From the NCBI GenBank assembly GCA_963676915.2, contig CAXXVK010000014.1, positions 1 to 64,000 of the forward strand: a DNA stretch of 64,000 nucleotides. Direction: 5' to 3'. Every line of letters starts with the position of its first letter. Positions within the stretch are counted from its first letter, which is position 1. Shown here in pieces: positions 40,614 to 51,201 of the stretch. This stretch comes from Myxococcota bacterium. GTDB lineage: Bacteria > Myxococcota_A > SURF-8 > G963663525. Under the pieces are notes generated by a model. The model was not told where the DNA came from. It was given only the letters and a program-made list of their open reading frames with translations, and did not search any database. The translations under genes were made by a program, and so were the position numbers.

Positions 40614-41315
40614 ATGAGACTGTTGTTGACCAACGATGACGGATGGAACGCAATGGGAATCAACGCCCTTGCCGAAGCTATGAAGGATCACGAAGTCACA
40701 CTCGTTGCTCCAAAGGACAACCGCAGTGCAATCGGTTCCAAACTGACACTTTATCGGTCCGTTGATTACGAAACGCGTCAGGTCAACGATCAAACCTGGT
40801 ACGGACTCGATGCAGCCCCCTGCGATTGTGTACGTATGTCATTCGATTGGATTTTCAAAGGGGAGTTCCCCGACCTTGTGCTTTCGGGGATCAATCACGG
40901 GGCGAACATTGGGCTGGATATGATTTCGTCCGGCACCTTCAGCGCTGCGGCGACGGCAGCCGCCAACGGGGTTCCATCCGTGGCGTTGTCGCTTTCGGAT
41001 TTTCATCCGAAAAAAGAAGATTTGGAGGCTTTTGCTTTGTTTTGTGCCGAAAGGGTGGATTTTTGGAGAGAAAACTGGAAACCGGGTACCGTCTGGAATC
41101 TCAACGCTCCGAAGGGTGGAAAAGGTGAATTGATCTCCCAACCGCCTCGGTCGGAATTCATTACTTGGATTACCTACGAAGAAAAGGAAGGTGCCTTGTT
41201 TCCTACGGGGTATCGACCCTCGCAGCTATCTCCGAACGAACCGTTTCCTCATCCCAAAGGAATCGAAGAAACGTTGGTTTCGTTATACCTGCCACTGGGA
41301 TATCACGATAAATAA
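40614..41315 (+). CDS. surE: 5'/3'-nucleotidase SurE (divergent C-terminus)
   Basis: Motifs LLTNDDG, VAP, PDLVLSGIN.G.N and SGT. Confidence 0.85.
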   Translation: MRLLLTNDDGWNAMGINALAEAMKDHEVTLVAPKDNRSAIGSKLTLYRSVDYETRQVNDQTWYGLDAAPCDCVRMSFDWIFKGEFPDLVLSGINHGANIGLDMISSGTFSAAATAAANGVPSVALSLSDFHPKKEDLEAFALFCAERVDFWRENWKPGTVWNLNAPKGGKGELISQPPRSEFITWITYEEKEGALFPTGYRPSQLSPNEPFPHPKGIEETLVSLYLPLGYHDK

Positions 41316-41332
41316 AAAATCGATGATCCGGG

Positions 41333-42362
41333 TTAATGCATCCAGACTTCGTATCGAAAACGCCAGATGAGCGCTGGTCCGACGGACAACAAAAGAAAAC
41401 ATGCCAAGAAAGAATAAAATGCGTTTCGAACTGCTTCGGATGCGTTTTTCCGTTATTTTTTCCAGTGCCGGTTCTTGTTTTCTAAGCTTTTCCGCAAAAA
41501 ACGGAGCAATGCTTTCCAGGAAAATGATTCCCAACGAAATAAACAAAGGAAATCCCACGAATCGATGCTCGGAAGGAACAGGCACCATGGACAATGATGG
41601 TGAAGTACGCCGTAATGGTAGGCGGAAAGTACTCGTACCAAGGTGATAGCGGCAAGTGGCGTCCAGGCAATGCCGAGCAATGCCAAACCTGTTGAAAAAA
41701 CACGTCTTTTTATAGCGAACAGTAACTTTGCAAGTACCCAAAGTGCCAGCAGCACCGTGACCATGGCGAATAATACAAGCAAAACCGATTCGTTCAAACC
41801 ACCAACCGTTCGGGCTTCGACAAGCGACCGTACGTTATCGTACACCACCGTACAGCAATCCACAGCCTGGTAAGGGTTCAATGCAGAAATGGCGCGGTAG
41901 GTGTCGAGAGTGGAAAGCGCCAGCACGGGTAGGCGAGCAGTCCCAGTCGTGCCGAAAAAACCGAAAGTGTAGCCCGTGGGAGTTGTTTGTTGAATTGGTC
42001 GGACATTCGCCAGAGAAACAACAGGATGAGTGATAATCCCTGCAAAATCAGGGCACGTTCTCCCAAGCCGTTCATGGCTTGCAAAACACCTGTTCCGCAC
42101 ATCGCACCGGGAATCTGACTTGGAGCATGGAAACCAGAGAGATGAGCCACGCCAGCATGGCCCATGAAACCACGAAGATCGCCAGTCGAGCCGCCAAGGA
42201 AGCCGCTTCGGCACGGCGTTCAAGTGTCAGTTGTGAGGATCGAGACGACGACGGCGACCAGAAGAGTGTTACACGGATAAAGCCTTCCGAAGCCCAAGAC
42301 CACAATAACAGCGTCAAAAACATTAAAATCAGTACCGAAAGCAACATCGGATGCCAGATCAT
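41333..42362 (-). CDS. Polytopic membrane protein with Cys/His motifs (GAMCGTG, DCC, HHHCPWC); four single-base frameshifts
   Basis: Reassembles across frames at ~42122, ~41927, ~41571 and ~41395, each at a short homopolymer. ATG overlaps the upstream stop (ATGA). Ends ...LIWRFRYEVWMH. Confidence 0.6.
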
Positions 42363-43057
42363 CGAACCGGCTCCAGATGTCCATCGGACAGACGGCAACG
42401 CAGGTCCGATGGAATTTCTTCGGAGGTTTTTTCGTCATGCGAGGTTAGTATAACCGTAACGCCCTCGTTAACTGCTTGTTTTAACAGGGAGAAAATAAGC
42501 TTTCGCCCTTCTTCGTCCTGGTGGGCGGTGGGTTCGTCCGCCAGAATCAGCCGAGGTTGGGAGACCAAAGCGCGAGCCACGTTGACCCTTTGTCGTTCTC
42601 CTCCTGAAAGCTGTTCTATGTCGCGATGAGCAAGCTGTGAAAGATGCAATTGTTCCAGCAAGTTATGAGTTTTAAGCAAAGCAGGCTCGAATGAGCGCAT
42701 CCTGGGAACAAGGGGTAGCAGAATGTTTTCGGTTACGGTCAATCCTTGCAAAAGTCGATCCGCTTGGAAAACAACACCGACCTGTCTCCGCCAAAGATCG
42801 CGGTGGACACCGACCCAGCGGGAAACGGCTTTGCCATCGGCAAGAATTTCCCCGGAAACCGGGCGGAGCAACCCGGCCAGCAAGTGAATCAGCGTGCTTT
42901 TTCCACATCCGTTCGGACCTTGTATCCAAGTTATACCGGCCTCGGGAAATTTCACCGTCACGTTGTCAAGCAATACCGAAGCGTTCGGATGGTTTTCCAT
43001 ACGGGAGTAACTGAGTTTTCGACATTCCATACGCATCGACAGGGCCTTATCTCGCAT
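42359..43057 (-). CDS. ABC transporter ATP-binding protein (LolD/MacB-like)
   Basis: Motifs GPNGCGKS, VFQ, LSGGERQRV, ADEPT and SHD. Confidence 0.9.
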   Translation of the reverse strand: MRDKALSMRMECRKLSYSRMENHPNASVLLDNVTVKFPEAGITWIQGPNGCGKSTLIHLLAGLLRPVSGEILADGKAVSRWVGVHRDLWRRQVGVVFQADRLLQGLTVTENILLPLVPRMRSFEPALLKTHNLLEQLHLSQLAHRDIEQLSGGERQRVNVARALVSQPRLILADEPTAHQDEEGRKLIFSLLKQAVNEGVTVILTSHDEKTSEEIPSDLRCRLSDGHLEPVR

Positions 43058-44208
43058 CGCGCAACAGGTCTTCGGCATCAACGGTTGCCGCCCATATCGC
43101 TGGCAATAACGAGGCTACAAGCCAGGGAATTGCAACAGCGGCGGTGACTTCCAGCAGCACCAGAAAGGCGCCGTAAGGGTCGAGCGTGAACGCCGGAGGG
43201 CGCGATGTCCAGCCGAACCACCATATTCCCGGCCACTCTATTCCGGGAAAAAATACCAAAAGATACGCCAAAAGCGCACCGAACGATCCGGCAGGAAGGA
43301 GAATCGCCATTGCTTTGACCAAGTGCAGGCGAAACAGGTCGCTTCCTGTCCATCCCAAAGCTTTGAGCAACCCCATTTCCGAACGCCTGCGCAACTGTGA
43401 GCGCATGACTCCGAGGGACAATACGACAAGGGCCAGCAGTACAGGCAGTAACATCCAGGCTCGTTGTCCGTTCCCATGAGCCAGTATGGAGGCATAGCGG
43501 CCCAAGGTATCGGTTTTTGGTCGTGATACGTACAGGCCAGGGAAAGGCTCGCGTCAGGTCGGCGCGCATCGCTTCGGCTTCGTCTTCGTGGAAAACGTCG
43601 ATCGCCAGATCGCTGGCGAAACCTTCCGGTATGTCGAGAAGTTTTCGAGCATCTTGGAGCCGAACAAGCACGAGGTCATGGGCAACCATAGAATGCTTTG
43701 CATCGAGAAATCCCGAAACTTCCAGGGTTAGAGTGTTGGCTCCAACCAGCAGTAAACCTTCACCTTTTCGGTAAGATTTCAGCATCGGGCCAACTACCGC
43801 TTCGCCAATAGGCGGGATTTCGATTCCTTCCAGCTTTTTTTCCACGTTTTCATCGATTGCAACCACCGTTGTCGGTCCATCCGGTCCGGCTACGGTTCCC
43901 CAGATTCTCGGTCGGGCTTCGACAACTCCGGGGACGCTTCGTGCAGCTTGCAAAGCCTGTTTTATGGGAATCGGTTGCCAACCTCCGGCGGAAATTTTTC
44001 GAACGATAAGCGAGGGACCATCGGCCAGGATGCGTTCCAGAGTATGTTCCAGCGCGTGAGAAAACAGAGGGCCGATAGCGGCCATCGCGATAATGGACAT
44101 CAGGCAAAGTCCCATAAGAAAAGCATCGAGCGGTTTTCGCTGGAGATCCCGCATGGCCCAGATCCACAATGGTGGAAAGCTTTTGCCGGATTTCATCAGC
44201 GTTTTCAT
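43047..44208 (-). CDS. ABC permease, FtsX/MacB/LolC-E type; frameshift at ~43515
   Basis: N-terminal TM plus periplasmic domain (VPGVVEARPRIWG). C-terminal RRSEMGLLKALGW...PAIWAA lies in the second frame. The junction is at an A-run. Confidence 0.8.
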
Positions 44209-44510
44209 AGGGGCTTGCCCGTTGAGCGCAGAGGGAATCTAGGAGGGTCGGGACAGGCTGGTGTATGGCGTAACGGAACGGCTCGATGCCGTATTTCGGG
44301 ATGACGATCCACAGAACCCGCAGGCCAAAGACAAGGCGTGTCGAGCGCCAGAGGTCTAACGAGAAACGGTGAGGCTTCCAGTCCGGTAGCAGGGCGCAAC
44401 CAAGAATCAGCAGCCATACTCAACCAGGTTGCGAGGGATAAAAACAGGAACCATCGGAGCATTTTTTCGCCCCGGAGAAGCGTTTTCGGCATGGAATCCT
44501 TTATCGTCAT
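44205..44510 (-). CDS. Small hypothetical protein with N-terminal TM helix
   Basis: ATGA overlaps at both ends couple it to nosL and to the permease. Motif PCLWPAGS..RHPE. Confidence 0.5.
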   Translation of the reverse strand: MTIKDSMPKTLLRGEKMLRWFLFLSLATWLSMAADSWLRPATGLEASPFLVRPLALDTPCLWPAGSVDRHPEIRHRAVPLRHTPACPDPPRFPLRSTGKPL

Positions 44511-45105
44511 TTTCCTTTGTGTTTCGGAGGCAGGGCTTTTTTTCCGGTAATGGCTTCCCATTTATCGTCTGTCATGCCAGGCAGTCGAAAGCGGGTTTTT
44601 CCACCGTGGCGTTTGATGAAAACCTCCCGGTCGGCTTCGCTTTTAACGGAACAAGCGCCGGTCCCATCGGACCGATGACATCCGAACCGGCAACCCAATA
44701 AGCCTGCATGGCATCGAGGGGTTTCCCGGTAAAGTAATCCTTTACCACAGCACGTTTAAGTTGCTTTTTGTCTACATTCAAAAAGACTTCGGGATGCAGC
44801 CAGGTACGAATCATGCAGCCTGTTCCGCAAAAATAATGAGTTTCGCCGTTTTCGAGTTCGATAGCCGCAGCGAATTTGGCATGTTTTTTCACGTTCATGG
44901 CGCATACCGGGCAACGATCGGACGGCGAGATGTTCATGGTACCATCCATTTCGAGACCGTGTTTTGCCGGTGTTACCTTTGATGTCGCAGGTGCTTTGTG
45001 GGCTTTATGCTGCTTTTCTTTTGCAATTCCCATCGTGGATAGCATTACAGACGAAATTAGAAGTCCCATGAAAACACTGACAAAGCGAAGCCATCGTTTG
45101 TTCAT
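44507..45105 (-). CDS. NosL-family periplasmic metal chaperone; frameshift at ~44642
   Basis: Motifs CPVCAM, FCGTGC and DYFTG..DA..AYWVAGSDVIGPMG. Continues as KSEADREVFIKRHGG after restoring one A. Sec signal without a lipobox Cys. Confidence 0.8.
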
Positions 45106-45318
45106 GAATCATCTCCCCAATCGTGATGAAACGAATCTATACACTTGTACGTGAAAGGAACACATCTTTAGGAGGTACTCAATCAGCGGCCTGTTGTCAA
45201 GGTGCCTTGGTGTGAGTTGTAACGATTTTCTAATACGAGGTATTTTGATTTCTGGATAGCGTCTTGCATGGTGATGCCTGTCTTGTTTGTTGATAAATTG
45301 TCTTTGTAATCAATATGT

Positions 45319-45338
45319 TGCAAATGATAATCACTGCA
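45319..45338. promoter_or_regulatory. Fur-family-like box
   Basis: TGCAAATGATAATCACTGCA matches GATAATGATAATCATTATC at 13 of 19 positions, with an intact AATGATAATCA core. Confidence 0.35.
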
Positions 45339-45444
45339 CTGTTTGGGGATGTGTTCCAAAACGAATCGGATCTTGAAAAAACGAGAGAAGTCCGCTACGA
45401 TCCTTCCATTGCCTTCAAAAAAACGTCTTTTTAGGAGATCCGCC

Positions 45445-47502
45445 ATGTTCCGATGGACCCTGCCGGTCGTTCTCGTTCTGTCGTTATTAACTTTCGCTTG
45501 CTCGAATGAGGACGATTCGACGGTTCTTTCAGGAGATTCCGACAGGGAAGGGGAGGAAGAAGCCACGGCTCATTCTTCATTGGGATTGGGATGCAATCCA
45601 CTGATGAGCGCTCATTGCTTGTTGCCTTACCCATCTATGGCATTGCTTGTCGAGGATGATGCCAGTCCCACAGGGTTGAGGGTCGGACTAAAGCCGGAGC
45701 ATCTGCCGTTCGAGGGTAGCGATTCCTCATATTTTGTGAATCGCTTCAATCGGGCGGATGGTTTTTCGGTTTCCACGCCCATCGTTGCGGTGTTCGAAGG
45801 ACAACGGGTCGATCCGGCGTCTCTGCCTTCACTTGGTGATCCTGCGGCCTCGGTACTGGCCGATTCTCCGATACAACTGCTTGATCGAGAGAACGGCACG
45901 CGAATTCCTCTCTGGGCCGAACCCGATCGCCATGCTGGTGAGGACGTCGAACAACCGATCCTGATTCGTGTGTTGAAAGCTTTGGAGTTCAACCGGAGAT
46001 ACGTTGTGGTTCTCACGAACGGTTTGGTGACGGAAAAAGGAGGAGACTTGCATCCGAGCGCGGCCTTCAAAGCCTTGCGTGACAACGAACCGTCGGAAAA
46101 CAGCGAAGTGGATGTTCAGCGCCCTTCGTACGAAGAACTGTTTGAATTTCTTGAAGAAAGCGGTACTTCGCGTAATGAATTACTGGCGGCTTGGGAATTT
46201 CACACGATGAGCGAGGATATGATTTTAGCCACGATTCCGCCGATGGTCGAGCGTGCCGTGGAAGTCCTGCCGGAGTCTTTCGAGTACGAAGTGACGGAAT
46301 GCTGGGCTGCCGATGCCGAGGACCGCGACGCTTTCGGTTGCGAGGTACTACCCGATCATCATGCTTTGAGTTGGCGAAGAGTCCATGGCACGTTCAACGT
46401 ACCTTCATTTCTAGACGAAAACGGGCGTTTTGTGCTCGATGAAGAGGGTAAACCGATCCTTCAGGGAACCACCCAAGCGGTCTTCGATGTCAACCTACCG
46501 CGCTCTCTGAAAGGTGCAGAAGCCGGGTCAGCGCCGGTAACGACCTTCGGTCATGGTCTGATGGCTTCCGGGAAATACTACCTGCACGATACCGACGACG
46601 AAAACGGACAAATGACGTTGTCCAACAAATTGGGTCATATTTTCGCTTCGACCGAATGGCGGGGACTTTGTACCTCTGATTTGGGTGAAATCACGGCAAT
46701 GATTCAGGATTTCACGACGATGTTCGAGGTTTCCGATCTCGTGGCTCAGGGAATGGTGAATATGACCATGGTGCAGCCGTTTATCGAGCGGACGTTCAAA
46801 GACGATCCTCTGATGCAGGCTTCCAATGGAGGAAGCCTGGTGGATATCGAGCATCATTTTTACACGGGAATCAGTCAGGGTGCGATTTTCGGTTCGGCGT
46901 TCATGGCCGTGAATCCGTGGATTCGCTCCGCCGTGTTGCATGTGGGGTCGTCCTGTTATGCCAACATCATCCAACATTCTGATGAATTTACGAGTCTGCA
47001 ATTGATCTTGGATACGGCCCATCCAGAACCTCTTAAACAGCAACTGGCTCTGGCTTTCGCGCAGCGCTTGTTCGATCCCGTCGATCCCATCAACTGGGTG
47101 GGACGGATGACCGAAGGGCATTTGACCGATATGGGTCAAAAATACATCCTTTGGCAGAATGCGGTAAACGACAGCGGTGCGCCGGAATTCGGTGCGCAGG
47201 TGCTTGCGCGAAGCGGGAAGATTCCTATGCTGGAACCGTTTCCCGAGTCGATTTGGGGCGTTACGGAAACTTTGGCAACTCCTACCGGTCCCGGAACCAG
47301 TGGGATCATGCTGTTCGATCCCGGAAAACCCGAACCTAGCGATTCCAATGCCGAGGTGATCAATACGGGGGCGCATCACGCATTACGGCAAAGAGAGGAA
47401 ATCCACGAGCAGATTCGTGGCTTTTTCGAGATCGGCAAAGAAGGAACCATTCTCACTCCATGTGATGGTCCGTGCCGTTTCGAAGGGGAAAGCCAGAGGT
47501 GA
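45445..47502 (+). CDS. Lipoprotein with N-terminal Ig-like domain plus alpha/beta-hydrolase (lipase-like)
   Basis: Lipobox TFAC, CLLPYPS, DGFS, FGHGL and nucleophile elbow GISQG. Confidence 0.7.
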   Translation: MFRWTLPVVLVLSLLTFACSNEDDSTVLSGDSDREGEEEATAHSSLGLGCNPLMSAHCLLPYPSMALLVEDDASPTGLRVGLKPEHLPFEGSDSSYFVNRFNRADGFSVSTPIVAVFEGQRVDPASLPSLGDPAASVLADSPIQLLDRENGTRIPLWAEPDRHAGEDVEQPILIRVLKALEFNRRYVVVLTNGLVTEKGGDLHPSAAFKALRDNEPSENSEVDVQRPSYEELFEFLEESGTSRNELLAAWEFHTMSEDMILATIPPMVERAVEVLPESFEYEVTECWAADAEDRDAFGCEVLPDHHALSWRRVHGTFNVPSFLDENGRFVLDEEGKPILQGTTQAVFDVNLPRSLKGAEAGSAPVTTFGHGLMASGKYYLHDTDDENGQMTLSNKLGHIFASTEWRGLCTSDLGEITAMIQDFTTMFEVSDLVAQGMVNMTMVQPFIERTFKDDPLMQASNGGSLVDIEHHFYTGISQGAIFGSAFMAVNPWIRSAVLHVGSSCYANIIQHSDEFTSLQLILDTAHPEPLKQQLALAFAQRLFDPVDPINWVGRMTEGHLTDMGQKYILWQNAVNDSGAPEFGAQVLARSGKIPMLEPFPESIWGVTETLATPTGPGTSGIMLFDPGKPEPSDSNAEVINTGAHHALRQREEIHEQIRGFFEIGKEGTILTPCDGPCRFEGESQR

Positions 47503-47639
47503 TTTTCTCGAAATCGAGCGAGAATCGTTCCGAAAAGTACGGTTTTTTCGTTTTTGACCGACTTTTTTCTTTCTTTTCCGGCCAAGTTCGATAATGTTGG
47601 CACCTCTATTGAGGTGGTTCATCCGAGAGAGGTAGACGG

Positions 47640-49205
47640 ATGGGTATGCAAGTAATGAGGGAGAAATCCGACTCCCTGTTGTTGATGTTGGTGTTCGGTG
47701 TGATTATCGCATCGTTCATTCTGTTTTTCGGTCCTGCGTCCCAGGGGTTGACATCCAGCTCCAATGTGGTGGGCAAAGTAAACGGCGCTCCGATTACTGT
47801 CGGGGAATGGTCGTTTAATTACAACCAGTTGTATGACCGGAACATGCGCTACAACCCCAATTTCAATGCCGAGCAGGCGGAGGCGATGGGGCTGAAAGGG
47901 CAGGCTTTCGACCAGATCGTCGAACGCATTCTGACCGCTCAGGCAGCCATGGACATGGGTTTGCGGGCCAGCCGGGAAGAAGTCGCCAAGGAAATCCTCG
48001 ATACTCCGAGTTTCCAGACGGAAGACCGCTTCGACAAGGATCTGTACCGCCGGGTGGTGAATTTCCACTTTCACATGAGCATTCAGCGGTTCGAAGACCA
48101 GCAGTTGAAGGATATGGCCGGAATGCGTATCCGTCGTTTCTTGCTGGATGCCCCCGTGCTCGCTCCCGAAGCGATGTTTGACGAATGGGCCGTGCGTAAC
48201 GACAAGATCAATCTTCAGTTCGTGCGTTTCAAAAAGGAAGATTTCATTTCGGGCGAAGAACCGAGCAAGGATGAAATTGCTACGTTTGTCAAAGACGGCG
48301 AAGAAGAACTGAAAGAATATTACGACTCCCATACCACCGAGTTTCGTAACGACGAGCAGGTCAAAGCCCGGCACATCCTGCTGAAAGTCGATGAAGGCGA
48401 GCAAGACGCCGAAGTGAAAGCCAAGGCTATGGAAATCTACGAAAAAGCCAAGGCTGAAGGTGCGGATTTCGCCGCGTTGGCCAAAGAGTTTTCCGAAGGT
48501 CCGACCAAAACAAAAGGTGGCGATCTGGGATGGTTCGGCAAGAACCGGATGGTCAAGGAATTCGAGGAAAAAGCGTTTTCCATGCAAGCGGGAGAAATTT
48601 CCGAACCGCTGAAAACGATGTTCGGATATCACGTGATCAAAGTGGAAGAACGCAAAGATGCCATTGATCGTCCGTTCGATACGGTCAAAGAGGAAATCGC
48701 CAAAACGATCCTGATCCAGAAGAAAGACACCGCGCTGGCCATGGAAAAAGCGCAGAGTTATCTTTCGAAGCTCCAGGCTGGAGAATCGCTGGAAACCGTG
48801 TTCCCCGAACCGGAAGAAGCCGAAGAAAACGCGGAAAAAGCCGAAGTGGAAGAATCGCCCTACAAGGTTGAAGAAACCGGACTTTTCGCCCGTGGCAGCA
48901 CCAATTACATTCCTCGTATCGGTCCCAGCGACGAGTTGAAAGAAGCCGCATGGAAACTTACCGAGGAAAAACCGCTCTCGGATACGCTGTTCGACGTGGA
49001 TGGAGACATCTACATCGTACGGCTCAAAGAGCACCAGAAGCCCGATCCTTCGAAATTCGACAGCGAACAGGATCAAATGCTTGCTTCGAAAGAAATGCAG
49101 CTTGGTGGAACGGCCTATCGCCAGTGGCTGGAAAAAATGAAGGAAGACGCTTCTATTGTCGCTCCTAGCAATTTCGCGGAAATCACTTTCCAGGATGAGT
49201 ACTGA
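47640..49205 (+). CDS. ppiD: PpiD/SurA-like peptidyl-prolyl isomerase (parvulin)
   Basis: N-terminal TM, SurA_N-like [28 protein letters not shown] and FGYHVIKV. Confidence 0.82.
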   Translation: MGMQVMREKSDSLLLMLVFGVIIASFILFFGPASQGLTSSSNVVGKVNGAPITVGEWSFNYNQLYDRNMRYNPNFNAEQAEAMGLKGQAFDQIVERILTAQAAMDMGLRASREEVAKEILDTPSFQTEDRFDKDLYRRVVNFHFHMSIQRFEDQQLKDMAGMRIRRFLLDAPVLAPEAMFDEWAVRNDKINLQFVRFKKEDFISGEEPSKDEIATFVKDGEEELKEYYDSHTTEFRNDEQVKARHILLKVDEGEQDAEVKAKAMEIYEKAKAEGADFAALAKEFSEGPTKTKGGDLGWFGKNRMVKEFEEKAFSMQAGEISEPLKTMFGYHVIKVEERKDAIDRPFDTVKEEIAKTILIQKKDTALAMEKAQSYLSKLQAGESLETVFPEPEEAEENAEKAEVEESPYKVEETGLFARGSTNYIPRIGPSDELKEAAWKLTEEKPLSDTLFDVDGDIYIVRLKEHQKPDPSKFDSEQDQMLASKEMQLGGTAYRQWLEKMKEDASIVAPSNFAEITFQDEY

Positions 49206-49828
49206 TGAACTGTGACCGGCATTTCCCGTCAAGCCTTTTCGCGTTCGTTCTCGCGTTTCTCGTAGCCGCTGCGGTATTGATTGCCCCGCAGTCGGCGGAA
49301 GCGAAAAACGTGTCGGGGAAATTCGGTCTTGGTCTGGACAACACCCTCAACGCCGCAACGCTTGGAATCGCTCCTCCTGCTACGTCCAGTTCTCCCAATG
49401 CTCCTTCCATGGGGCTGTCGTTCCGGTATTGGATCAACAATGAATGGGGTCTGGACGGTGTGTTCGGTTTCGGCTATGCAAGCGGAAAAGCCACGGAACA
49501 ATGGCTTGAAGACCCCGACGGCTACTGGGCGTTCACCCTGGATTTCAAGGTGTATTATTCATTTCACCATGGTGAAATGACCAACTTCAGTCTTTTCTGG
49601 GATATTCATTTCCAGAAAGAAAATTCCACCAACGCTCGACCTGCCGGTCCGTATGAATCCAATTTCGGATTTGCTCTGGCTACCGGTTTTTCGCCGGAAG
49701 TCTTCTTGACGGACAACTTCGCTCTCTGTGCGGAATTCGGGTTGACGTTCCGGGTGCAGCAGGGATTCGCTTTCAGTCTTGGAGGCGACAACCTGTTGGG
49801 AGGTTTCGGTTTCCACTACTATTTCTGA
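49205..49828 (+). CDS. Small outer-membrane beta-barrel protein
   Basis: Signal peptide, alternating beta strands and terminal GFHYYF. Confidence 0.65.
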   Translation: MNCDRHFPSSLFAFVLAFLVAAAVLIAPQSAEAKNVSGKFGLGLDNTLNAATLGIAPPATSSSPNAPSMGLSFRYWINNEWGLDGVFGFGYASGKATEQWLEDPDGYWAFTLDFKVYYSFHHGEMTNFSLFWDIHFQKENSTNARPAGPYESNFGFALATGFSPEVFLTDNFALCAEFGLTFRVQQGFAFSLGGDNLLGGFGFHYYF

Positions 49829-49852
49829 CCGAATCCCATTGGAAACGATACG

Positions 49853-49883
49853 AAACCGCCTTGCTTTGAAGGCGGTTTTTTTT
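49853..49883 (+). terminator. Intrinsic terminator
   Basis: AAACCGCCTT...AAGGCGGTTTTTTTT. Confidence 0.75.
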
Positions 49884-50008
49884 ATGGAATTCTCAACACT
49901 TCCATGCAATGTCTGAAAATTCGTAACGGTTTCCTTCACATTTTCTTCCTTGCTTGTTACACTGACTTCTATGTGACTACGAACGCTTAGGGGCATAGAG
50001 GAAAATAC

Positions 50009-50944
50009 GTGGAAAACCACCGCAACGTTTTAATCGTCGATGATTCGGGTACGATTCGTGCCGGAATCAAGCTCGTTTTGCAGCAGGCCAAGCTGTTCGA
50101 TGGTTATTTCGATTGCGCGGATGCCCAGTCTGCCTTGCAGTTGCTCAACGAAAAAATCTTCGAAGTCGTGCTCTGCGATATCATTATGCCGAACATGGAC
50201 GGCTTCGAGTTCCTTCGGCGCGTCAAGTCTCAGGACGTATTCAAAGACCTTCCCGTGATTCTACTGACGGGTCAGGACACGGTGGCGCAGAAAATCAAAG
50301 GTTTGGAACTTGGAGCCTCGGATTACTTGACGAAACCCTTCGATCCCGGCGAATTGATCGCCCGTGTCAAAGTGCAGCAGAAGGTCAAGCGTCTTCAGGA
50401 CGAGTTGAAAATCGCCAAGCAGAAATATCGGGAACTGGCTATTACGGATTTCTTGACCGGGATTATCAACCGTCGGCATTTCATGGATCTGTATTTGAAG
50501 GAATTTTCACGATCCAAACGTTTTCATGCCAACATGAGCGTGATCTTCTTCGATTTGGACAATTTCAAGAAGATCAACGACACCATGGGACACCTTCAGG
50601 GTGACAGGGTGCTGAAGAACCTGACGAAACTGGTTACCGCGCAGATTCGCCAGTATGACGTTTTCGGACGCTACGGTGGTGAGGAATTCATCCTGATGCT
50701 GCCGCAAACCGATTTCGATGCCGCCATGAAAGTTGCCGAAAAAATCCGCAGTACCGTAGAAGGTACGCATTTCGACAAGATGGACGGACCGGGCAAGGTG
50801 ACGATATCCTTGGGGGTTTCTTCCTTCCCGCTGCAAGACGTAGAGACGGGCGAGCAGTTGATCAAACTGGCCGACGAAGCGCAGTACGAAGCCAAGCAGC
50901 AGGGCAAAAACCGCGTGATGACTCTGGTGGAATCTGCCAAATAG
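50009..50944 (+). CDS. Response-regulator diguanylate cyclase (REC-GGDEF)
   Basis: REC motifs LIVDD, DIIMP and KPF. GGEEF active site and RQYD I-site. Confidence 0.92.
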   Translation: MENHRNVLIVDDSGTIRAGIKLVLQQAKLFDGYFDCADAQSALQLLNEKIFEVVLCDIIMPNMDGFEFLRRVKSQDVFKDLPVILLTGQDTVAQKIKGLELGASDYLTKPFDPGELIARVKVQQKVKRLQDELKIAKQKYRELAITDFLTGIINRRHFMDLYLKEFSRSKRFHANMSVIFFDLDNFKKINDTMGHLQGDRVLKNLTKLVTAQIRQYDVFGRYGGEEFILMLPQTDFDAAMKVAEKIRSTVEGTHFDKMDGPGKVTISLGVSSFPLQDVETGEQLIKLADEAQYEAKQQGKNRVMTLVESAK

Positions 50945-51023
50945 TACCATCGCCAAATAAATTCCCAATAAATCTTCGAAAATCTGGAAAACAGGGACGT
51001 TCGTTCGTCGAATGTAGGGCTTG

Positions 51024-51050
51024 ATAAGATGACAGTAACTGTCATTTTAT
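51024..51050. promoter_or_regulatory. Palindromic operator, TetR-like
   Basis: ATGACAGT-A-ACTGTCAT is a perfect 8-1-8 palindrome (51029-51045), extended by ATAA/TTAT. Confidence 0.5.
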
Positions 51051-51201
51051 GGTATTTATGATTTTCGACATGAGATTTGTCCTTGCATTTCTCAAAACGG
51101 AACGAAAAGATAGCCTCGAATAGTTTGGGTGATTGGTTTTGCAAATTGGCTCGAAATTCTATGCACAAATCGATAGCTGTATCACGGGAGTGGAGTGCAA
51201 C

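Noticed and set aside
47619-49232. 537-aa antisense ORF opposite ppiD
   Set aside because: It mirrors the sense gene almost exactly, and its Phe/Leu/Arg-rich composition is typical of an antisense frame.
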